Assembly: GCA_964188305.1 (NCBI GenBank)
Contig: OZ076885.1
Strand: one strand, 5' to 3'
Source: Podarcis bocagei
Lineage: Eukaryota
Length of the DNA stretch: 64,000 nt
Shown here: positions 50,401 to 64,000 of the stretch, one piece after another
Layout of the letters: every line of letters begins with the position of its first letter
Numbering within the stretch: the first letter of the stretch is position 1
The notes under the pieces: model-generated
Told to the model about the DNA's origin: nothing
The model's database searches: none
Seen by the model: only the letters and a program-made list of their open reading frames with translations
Program-made: the position numbers and the translations under genes

Positions 50401-53400
50401 TTGAGGAGCAAAGAGATGCAAAGAATCCACAACCCTGAGTAAGGATCCTACCTGGTTTCTGCAAAAAAGCATAATTGAAGATCATGGTCCTGTTCTAATG
50501 GGGGCAGAGTGTAGGGACACAGCGGTGACTGATGTCTCCTAAAGGTGAGGGTTCTCACCAGTGGTGGCTAGTGCCCATTGAGACTGGCAGGCCAGAAGGC
50601 AGAGAGGCCAGCAGGAGGAGAAGCCAGAGCCAATGGTAGGCAAAGCCCACTAATTCTAGCTTTATTTGTGCTTCTGTTATTGTATCTGCTTTTATCTTTC
50701 TCTATCCCAGTGAACAGCATTTCCATTGAAAACACTAGCATAAGCTTATTTCATTTAATCAGAATCCTCATTTGAAATCCCTCTGCACTTTTGCTTTAAA
50801 CTTCATGGGAAAAAGAAAGGTTCGTATGAATAGAAACAAGCTTCTCAGTTCTTTCACACGGCAATTTGGTGGTTCAACCACTGATCAGCCCGTTTCACTT
50901 AATGCAGAAGATGGAGGAATCTTGAGATGCATGAGAAGCAAGAGGAGATGGAGGCTGTGCTGTGTGAAAGCTTTGCTTCCACCCTACAGGAGCAGTGTGC
51001 CTGGCAGACTTCCAGATTGGGACATTTAACCTGAAGGTGTCTTGGCATTCTGCAACAATCAAAAGCACTTTTCCAGCGACAGGTGTTGCTCGTGCAGTAA
51101 TCCAGTCACTATCTATGCATCTTGAATCTAAAGATTTGTAGCAACATGAACTGGCTGTAACAATTCCATTTTAAAACAAGGCTTTAAAAAGTATTAAGAA
51201 AGAAAGAAAGAAAATACATTAGAGTTTTTCCTCCATCCCCAATGTCTGGTGGCTGCTGCTCTTTTCCATTTTAGGCCTGGGGTGGGGTAGACCATTGCTG
51301 CCTTCTCCTTATGTCTGCTCCTTGCGTTGCTCAGAGTCTTCCGGGAGACAGAATGCCCTGGAGCCATTTTCCACTGTGACACTCTTTATCTATGTCTCTG
51401 CAGGTGTCATCAAGACCCATGACTTGTCATTCCAGGACTGTGAATCCCTGCAGGCAGTCTTTGACACAGGGCAGTGTGCTCATGCTCTTCATGCCCCTCC
51501 CAGGTGGGACCATGGTATGGTTGAGAGAGATTGCAGTATAGGGAGAAGGGAATGGGATGGATGAAGGTTCTTGCAATTGATGTGCATAGACCAGTCTACT
51601 TATACTAAAGATGCATCAACTGCAGCGTGGAAGGAATGAGGAACATGGGTTGCTATTGGGTCTGGGAATCAACGGATGCTTTGTGTGGGCTGATGCTGTG
51701 CCATGGTTCTTTAATTAGGGCAAAGAGTATTATATGCAGAAGGAAAGTGGGGATGTTCAGCCACGAAAGCCACTTCCCCCTCTTATCACCTTTCTCTGCC
51801 CCTCCTTCATCTATTTCAGGCTATTGGTGGATGCTGTGGTGCATTTTCCATTGACACAGGCTGAGGTGACCCTGGGTGCCAGCCCTTCTGGGAAGGTGAC
51901 CTTGCGCAGCTACCTGGAAGAAGAAACAGGTGAGCTGCCCGCCGTGACCCGGCTTCCATCTTATCCCCAGAGCCCATCAAAGGATGGGATACATAATTTG
52001 CCCATCTCAAGAACCTTTAGATCACATATGAGGGCATCCTATATGTGCAACTGGGGATGATAGGAGGTGGAGAGTTCCTGCAGGGTCCGTGGCCTGCCTT
52101 TATGTGGCTAGCAGTTTCTCCTTAGCAGTTTTCTTGTGGGAAGCGTTGACAGTGGTAGCTGTCAAATGAGGGCCTTCTTTGATCCCCACCTCTCCCTCAG
52201 AGCCCAGCCGGATGATGGTGACTGAGCTCTGTTTGAGCGAGGACGAGTTCCAGGCCTTCCATGTCAAGGAAGAGACGCAAGTCACTTTCTGCCTCAAGGA
52301 ATTCCGGGTGAGTTTGCTTCCCCTCTCCTTGCCCTCATTTAAAATGGGTGGCCTTGTGCTCTTTCCAACCTGTTTCACCTCTCTCTAACAGGGCCTTCTG
52401 AGCTTTGCTGAGTCCTCAAATCTCCCCCTCAACATCCACTTTGACATCCCTGGCAGGTAGGCCTTCACGAGGGATGTTCTGGAGGGGAAGCAGCTTCGTG
52501 GCTAAATGAAACTCCCTTCTGCAGGAGGCAGTTGGCCACTGAATGCCAGCTGCTGGGAAACATCTGCATGGGAAGGGTTAGTTGCCATCACGCTTGCGAG
52601 CTTCCTAGGGGGACCTGGTTGGCCACTGCAAAAGCGAGAGTGCTGGACCAGATGGTCCTTTGGTCTGATCTTGTGAGGTTGTCCAGAAGAGCAGCCCTGG
52701 CTTGTTGCCAGTCCTGTAACAGCCAGCAGCCAGACTTTGTTTGCTTCATTGCAAGAGTAGGGTCCTTGGCTCCATTAGCTGCAGCTTTCTCTGCCATCCC
52801 CCCCTTGATTCCCCTTTAGCCCCCAAGCCTGTGCCTTGAGAATCCTGCTCTCATCAGTTCTCTCCTCGCAGGCCAGCTATCTTCACCCTGGAGGACCCTG
52901 TGCTGAATGTGCACCTGGTCTTGGCCACTCTGGCTGAGAGAGAGAGTTCACAGAAGAACAACAACAGGTAAGCAGGGTTGAAGCTCCTGCACCACAAAAT
53001 CTGGCACGCCCTGAAGTGGAGCAGGGTGCAGGGAGGATCCCAGAGGACAATGACATATTTGGTAGGAGCGCCGTCTCTGCTTGGCACATTTGTTGTTGTT
53101 GTTGTTTAGTCGTGTCTGACTCTTCGTGACCCCATGGACCAGAGCACGCCAGGCACCTCTGTGCTCTTGGCATCATTTTGTCATAGGTGTTTTTATAGCA
53201 TAGTGAACAGATCTGCCTGTCATTTTCCAGTCCTGACCTGAGCTACCATCTTAGCAGCTATATACAGTTGCCTTGGTTACTCTTGGAACAGCTCAGTGTC
53301 TCAGTTTTCTGTTAAACATTTTGTGTCATTTTTAGCCTTTTAAACTTAGGTAGTTTGTGTCAGTGTGTTTGGAACTGGGGCTTGCTTAAATGGATAAGGA

Positions 53401-54692
53401 TGTGAGAGATGAAGGCCTTATGAAGTCCCTTCCAACCCTATGATTTCCTTCTAGCTTATTGAACTTCTCTCTTGGAACCCTCTTGTCAATAAAACAAACA
53501 CCTTAGTCATGAGTCCCCAAAAAGAAACCATTTCTATTTGTTGGGGTGTCTCTTCACAGAAAGTGCTTCCTCACAGCTCTGCTCCTATATCTCTCTTACG
53601 CCAGCACATCCAAGCCTGCTTACGATTTCGCCGGTGATGACATCGATGCCTACATGATAGCCATGGAAACCACCTGCGAAGGCACAGAGGGGGCAGAAGC
53701 CCCTCCCAGCCCCACCTTCCCCTCGAGACGCACCTTTTCTGATACAAGGGAGTTGGAAAGCGATCCTGAGGGAACTGTGCCTGGCACACCGCCACAAAAA
53801 AGGGTACGTGCAGAGAGGGATCAGAGCATGAATGTGTAGTGGAAAGTGTGAGGCACTGTGGCCCTGCAGACCTCTTGACCACTTTACAATTCTAGTGGGT
53901 GTGCATTCAGTGGTTCAGAATGTACCCAGAATGCAGGAGGAAAAAAAGGTGGAATCTGTTTCAGTACAGGAAGGTGTGATAGGCATAGTCTGTTTTGGCA
54001 GTGTTCATCCACACAGTACAGGTCACAAGAGGGTGCATGTTGAGCCTTGGAATATGTACCTGCTAGAGCTGTAATACGTTGCACATCCCTTACTTACTCT
54101 TGATTCAGTTAAAGTTCATTGAAACTAGACTTCCATGGAAAGCAAAGAGGCTGTAGTCACTTAACAGCTTGCTTGTTCATTGGCCCTTAATCATGACTAT
54201 CTGGAGCTGGAGCAGAGCCATAGAATTCCAGTGGCAGCAGTCAAGCTTTGGTAATGGCACGATTGCAAAATCTGGGTTTTTTAAGACAGTGGAAGGGAAT
54301 CGGTAGGGTGTGGTAGAAACTAGACACTTAAGAGATGCTGTTAGTTTGGGAGTGGTTTGGAGGAACATGGAAACTAGCTGAACACTCAGGTCCTGACCAC
54401 AACATGCCCCCCACTGAATGCTATATGCTTATTTTCAAGTATATTTCTATGGCCTTCTTAACCTAATACATTTTTAATATTATCAACCGTGCAAGATTCT
54501 GGTATATCAACAACGTACTATTTCTAGATCTCTTGCAAACCTGCACCCCCAAGACACGTCTTTGCCCTGCTTTTGTTTCATTTGCAGTTCCGCTCCTTGT
54601 TCTTTGGGTCGGTCCTCAGCCCATCACAGCCCTTGGTCCACTCATGTACAAGCCAAGAGGTGTTGGCAGAAGACAGTGAGGGAGAAACGTGA
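47416..54692 (+). CDS. RAD9A: RAD9 checkpoint clamp component A (9-1-1 complex); complete spliced CDS, 11 coding exons, 1143 nt, 380 aa
   Basis: Exons 47416-47449, 48016-48086, 48594-48734, 49969-50083, 51404-51503, 51820-51929, 52201-52307, 52392-52456, 52872-52967, 53605-53803, 54588-54692. All introns are GT-AG with consistent phases. The translation [31 protein letters not shown]...[10 protein letters not shown]...LAEDSEGET* follows the human RAD9A sequence as I recall it. Lies tail-to-tail with PPP1CA, as in human. Confidence 0.97.
48016..48086 (+). CDS. RAD9A: RAD9A coding exon 2 ([24 protein letters not shown])
   Basis: tgcag| ... |gtaagg; 71 nt. Confidence 0.96.
48594..48734 (+). CDS. 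RAD9A: RAD9A coding exon 3 ([18 protein letters not shown]...RCKVLMK)
   Basis: cccag| ... |gtgagg; 141 nt. Confidence 0.96.
49740..49905 (-). mobile_element. Ancient MIR/CORE-type SINE
   Basis: atcctcatgacaaacctgtgaggtag...gcccaaga...tgaacctgagtctcc...taaccactgccccacactg. A similar relic lies at about 30880-31010. Confidence 0.55.
49969..50083 (+). CDS. RAD9A: RAD9A coding exon 4 ([19 protein letters not shown]...LYCKY)
   Basis: ctccag| ... |gtgagc; 115 nt. Confidence 0.96.
51404..51503 (+). CDS. RAD9A: RAD9A coding exon 5 ([21 protein letters not shown]...)
   Basis: ctgcag| ... |gtggga; 100 nt. Confidence 0.96.
51820..51929 (+). CDS. RAD9A: RAD9A coding exon 6 ([10 protein letters not shown]...LRSYLEEET)
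   Basis: tttcag| ... |gtgagc; 110 nt. Confidence 0.95.
52201..52307 (+). CDS. RAD9A: RAD9A coding exon 7 ([12 protein letters not shown]...TFCLKEFR)
   Basis: cctcag| ... |gtgagt; 107 nt. Confidence 0.95.
52392..52456 (+). CDS. RAD9A: RAD9A coding exon 8 ([21 protein letters not shown])
   Basis: taacag| ... |gtaggc; 65 nt. Confidence 0.96.
52872..52967 (+). CDS. RAD9A: RAD9A coding exon 9 ([31 protein letters not shown])
   Basis: tcgcag| ... |gtaagc; 96 nt; retains an SQ motif. Confidence 0.94.
53090..53162 (-). mobile_element. Very short BovB 3' end in a RAD9A intron
   Basis: Near-identical to 45705-45780, including the (CAA)n tail. Confidence 0.85.
53605..53803 (+). CDS. RAD9A: RAD9A coding exon 10 ([24 protein letters not shown]...VPGTPPQKR)
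   Basis: cgccag| ... |gtacgt; 199 nt. An alternative in-frame acceptor at 53560 is possible. Confidence 0.9.
54588..54692 (+). CDS. RAD9A: RAD9A last coding exon ([13 protein letters not shown]...LAEDSEGET*)
   Basis: ttgcag| ... TGA at 54690-54692. Retains the C-terminal acidic CK2/TOPBP1-type EDSEGE motif. Confidence 0.96.
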   Translation, partial: FRSLFFGSVLSPSQPLVHSCTSQEVLAEDSEGET

Positions 54693-55033
54693 GAGGTCCC
54701 CCAGCTACTGGTGCATGATAAGACACCTCTACTTCTAGAAATGAGATGTTTCAAGCTAAGCAGCTTGAGCCCTCTTTTGGGTTGGATCCCAGGCTGCCCC
54801 TCTTCAGCTCTCCTGCTGCTCCCCAGAGAATCAGCGCTGAATTGTGTGGTTCTTCCATCATGGAGGGGAAAAAACCTTCTGTAGACAGAACCAAATTGAG
54901 ACATGACACATAGATCTACCTTCTTTGCTAAAGTATTACTGCACGTCTTTGAAAGGGAGGCGGATGCGAGAGATTAGACTTTCCTCCAGTGGGTTTGTGG
55001 CTAACATCCATAGATGTAGAATACTTATTTTCT

Positions 55034-55039
55034 AATAAA
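55034..55039 (+). terminator. RAD9A polyadenylation signal
   Basis: AATAAA about 340 nt after the stop, followed by a GT-rich downstream element (tgttttgactgtggtgt). Confidence 0.7.
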
Positions 55040-57047
55040 TTTTTTTAAGATGTTTTGACTGTGGTGTAAATTGTTGCTGTGGTTATCCATCAGTTGCTGT
55101 AGCCTTCTTTTTACTGCTTTCCACTCCACGCCTCTTGAGCCAGCCTTCTCTTCCTCCCTTGTAATTAACCTGTTTCATTGCTAAACTTATAATTTAGCTG
55201 TCGGGCAAATGGGAATGGAAGGTTGATTACAGGAAAGGGATCTGTAGCAGCCAGGGTGGTATTAGTAAACTACAGTACTATGTAAAGCACAGGAGGTAGC
55301 AGAGGAGAGCATTGCTATTTCCTCTTTCCTTCTGCAGGCAGGTGAATAGATTTCAGCCCTAACTACAAGCATCAGAATCATTGGCAAACATACTTTGTTA
55401 TCCTCTGTTGCCACAATATAAAGTCACTTTAAGAAGTCCGTCCCTCTGGTAAAACAATGGTGCTCATCCACAGTGCAGGCCTGATGTCTTTTCCAGATGG
55501 ACTCCAGGGGAGGAAGCCAGCATTGGGCTCTTATCACATTTTGGCTTGCCAGGTAGAACAATCCTCATCCTGTACTGCTCAAAGGGTTCTCCTAACACCT
55601 CCCAGAGCTTATTTTGCCATGGGGGAACCGTGTTGTGCAAGTGGAAATCCTTGCGCAATTTCCACTGGTGGGATTCATCAGTTGAATCCCACTCCTAATG
55701 CAGAATCAATCCCCACCCTGTCAGTGTAGCTCAAAATGCTGTTAGTTATCTAATAAGAACTCATGCCTTTCCTGGCCCAAAATATCTGTCCTTAGTAGGC
55801 CTCTAGTTCTATTCTACTGGATAGGCACAGCTTCCTGCGTCCTGCCTTGCTTTTTGCTTAAGCCCCGCAGGATTGCCTTGGCTGAGGACCACAGCAAATT
55901 CCTACAAACTGCTGATAACTGTGCTGTGGCTTGGGATTTAACTAGAGATTAAGCAAGCAACAACGGACCAATTCACATTAAGAAGGCAGGGGGAAAGGCT
56001 CCCTTAAACAGCTTACGGTGAGGAGGTGCTGTTACATAACCCTGTTAGGAGTATCATGTGTTAAAAGTATCATGGAAGCTTTCAGGACAGCCCTACTGGA
56101 ATCTAAATTGGGTGCATTAGTACACAGTATTTTATCGATTCCCAATCCACTGGTCTGTGTGAGCTAATGGATATAGAAGAATCTAAAATAAGGACCGTTT
56201 CTGCATCTTTAGGGTCCCTTGCGCAGCTTATGCTATTCATGCCACATACACTTATGCTCTTCAGAGCTAGGAAGCCTTCATGCCTCTACGAAAGGGGCTG
56301 TCTTACCACATAGTGCCACTGCATAGCTCAGCTTCTCTATTCCATTTAAAGCTTGCAGGCAATGCAGGTAGGTGAGGAGAGTAAGATATAGGTGGTGGTT
56401 AGTGAAGAAAACAAACTACAGAGATACCGAAGCAAGCCAGTTGTTCAACATGAAAGTCTTAAAACTGGTAACCAGAGGATCCTGCAAAGGTAGTCACAAA
56501 TGGCTCCATGTCAGCCAAAGTGCAAAGGGGATTTTAGCAGGCGAAATATGGAAAGGTAATTGGGGACAGAGGGCAAGATGTCTTTTAAGATGCTTCGTCT
56601 TGATCGTGTAACTTGCTCCCATTTCTAAGAATGTGTGTGCAGCCTTGCTGCATCAAAGCCCCATCTGGCCCAGCATCCCATATGTCTCTGGGAAGCCCAT
56701 AACTGCACTCTCCCTACTTTTAAGATTGCAAACAGCTGGTATTGCAGAGGCATGTCACCTCTACTACAGCTATCAGGAGGCCCTACCCTCCATGAATTTG
56801 CCTAATCCCCTTTTCAAGCCATCAAAGCTGTTGGCCACCACTACATCTAATGGAAGCAAGCTCCACCGTTTTGCTAGGCACTGTGGAAGGAGGACTTCAT
56901 TTTATCTGTCCTGAACCTTCCAACATCCTCTCCTCCACACCTCCTAAGGAGAGCTTGTTTCATCCTCCAAGCCGCATCATGCAGCCCCATTCATTTTATT
57001 CTCCCCAAACAGTCGACAAAGGAGCAGCTACATAAGAATCTTACATG

Positions 57048-57053
57048 TTTATT
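57048..57053 (-). terminator. PPP1CA polyadenylation signal
   Basis: AATAAA on the - strand about 270 nt after the stop; a second one at 56995-57000. Confidence 0.7.
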
Positions 57054-57324
57054 CAAAAAGATGTAGTAACCCCCCATGGGGGAAAGGGGGGAGCACACAT
57101 CAGGACAAAGTTGGCAAAAAAGTCAATCAAAAATACCCCCAAAAATAAAGACATCCCCAATCCCAGGGGAGCAGAATTTTTGGTATTGAATTCTTATTCA
57201 GCCTTTTTCTTTAAAAAAATTACATGGCTGGGCCCTGGGGAGGTAAGCAGCCGCTGTACAGTGTAACCGCTACGCAAGACAGCCTGGGCCCCACACCTAC
57301 AGCTAGGGGGGCAGGCAGGGCTAG

Positions 57325-62367
<5,043 letters not shown>

Positions 62368-63639
62368 TTACTCTCCATACCATGGAGATTGTCACATCAC
62401 CAGAGGCAGAGCTGCATTCTTGACTTTGGGATGGCAGGGAGAGTTGGGCAGGACATGCGAAGCCAGCTCCCTTGAACTCCACCAATGTATAAGTGCCTCA
62501 AGAGGCTAGTACTGGAAATCTTCGCTTATCACATTAGAAGGCCTAAAGCTGCACCACACCTGCATTATTTACTTTAGCTTGACTTCTGTTCCAGCACCTA
62601 CGTTACTCATTGCCAGACATGAGGCTGGTAGTTTTCCTGCTCCCCCCCCCCCCGCAAGTCTGTTGCCAGTCTGACCTATACCCTCTGGTACAGAAGCATT
62701 ACAAGACACTAGGAGGAGTCCAAAAATCTTAAAAATGCAGGTGGCGACTTCTGTTTAAAGGAATTCACCACCTTTAGCCATGCTCCTGGGGACAAGAGCA
62801 GCAGAGCAAAACAAGCAGGATCAGTACACGGCGCTGGCATGTAAAAACCTAGAGCTTTGGAATTGCAGCTATGCTACCAGAAAGCCCCACCACCATCTGG
62901 AATAGGCTGGTGCAGACAACTCAATTTTATAATAGTTACAAAGGAACTTTCATAAGACCACCAGTAACAAGGATTGGATCCCAAATATTAGGCAAACTTG
63001 GGAGGTTTTTGTTTTTAAATACTTCTGTTTACTAAATGCATCTAAATAAACATGCTGTTTAAAGGCATCTAGAAATGTCCTGATGTGTTTTTTCCTAATA
63101 TGCACAGTGTGTGTGCAATATTTATAATTTTATTTTTCTCATTAAACCCACATCGCAAGCAGAGCATCAATCAGCTTTGATTGCAAAAGATCCCATGTTC
63201 AACTCCTGGCATCTCCAGGGAACCCAAAAGAGCTGCTACCAGTCGGTGGAGACAATCTGCGAGCTTGATGAACTGATGGTCCGACTCCCGTACAAGGCAG
63301 TTTCTTATGTACCTATGAGTAACCAATGCTGACTAATACTAGTATGCCAGGTGAAGGCCTGCTGGGCAAACCCAAGCAAGCTTAACTCTGACTGCCTGTT
63401 CTTGTGTACACTGCTGCTTTCTTTCAGTTTATATCCTCTAGTTGGGCAATAGGAACAGAAGCGTCCTACCTTACAAGGAAAGTGGTTCAGGATAGTCCCG
63501 GCCAAATTGAAATCTCATCGCACCAGCACAGGTGTACATCTAGCTGGCCAGAAAAAACACAGCACCTTCCCTGGAGTGGTTACAACCCCAGTCTTCCCTA
63601 ACTGCTGAACACAGTGGGCCCTACTCTCAAGTAAACATG

Positions 63640-64000
63640 CTGAGACTTGGGGCCGTTAGTTTCTTCCTGGGGCGTTTTGCCAGAGCAATGGCCCGTCTAG
63701 ATTCTTGGCCAGACCCACCTGCGAAGAAGTGGAGAGGTTTGCTAGGGACAAGCCCCTTTCGGGGGCCTCTGGTCGCGGATCCAAGGCTACAGTAGCCGCC
63801 TGCGAGAGCGGACAGGAATCCGTCCCGCCCCGCCGGGCTCCGCTCCCAGGTCCTGACCGTCGCCCAGGCGGAGTGGGCCGTCACCTGCGCTCCACCCCGC
63901 CCACAAAGCCGAGCCAAAAAGCAACGCTATTTCCCCGTAAAGAGGAACAGCGCCTCCCTCTCCCCTCGCCGGCGCCTGCGGAGCATCGGGGCGGCTCGGT
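63640..64000. promoter_or_regulatory. Edge of the PPP1CA CpG island (5' part of intron 1)
   Basis: Abrupt CpG/GC enrichment with GC boxes at the window end, on the 5' side of exon 2. Confidence 0.8.

Overview
Eukaryotic (vertebrate) genomic DNA, almost certainly from a lacertid lizard (Podarcis/Lacerta-type Sauria SINEs, BovB, squamate MITEs). It is syntenic with the human 11q13 block CLCF1-RAD9A-PPP1CA. The window holds: (i) the 5' end of CLCF1 on the - strand (first coding exon MEFRA-G at 25035-25050, a probable alternative first exon at 24040-24067, and an intron 1 that appears to run off the left edge); (ii) a complete 11-coding-exon RAD9A on the + strand (47416-54692, 380 aa) with a CpG-island promoter at about 44.3-45.5 kb and a probable non-coding first exon; (iii) exons 2-7 of PPP1CA on the - strand (57325-62213), with exon 1 beyond the right edge. 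The rest is intronic or intergenic, rich in SINEs, LINE fragments and MITEs. Most ORFs in the supplied track are spurious. The most striking non-genic item is a 93-bp insert with a 13-bp target-site duplication, nested in a Sauria SINE. It carries an intact minimal hammerhead ribozyme of the Penelope type, in the sense orientation of the CLCF1 pre-mRNA. Other candidates: uORF/hairpin elements in the RAD9A and CLCF1 leaders, a duplicated micro-exon-like motif, an orphan CpG-island promoter, and stress/inflammation enhancer motif clusters. All calls were made by eye without alignment tools. I see no evidence of a wholly novel multi-gene system.
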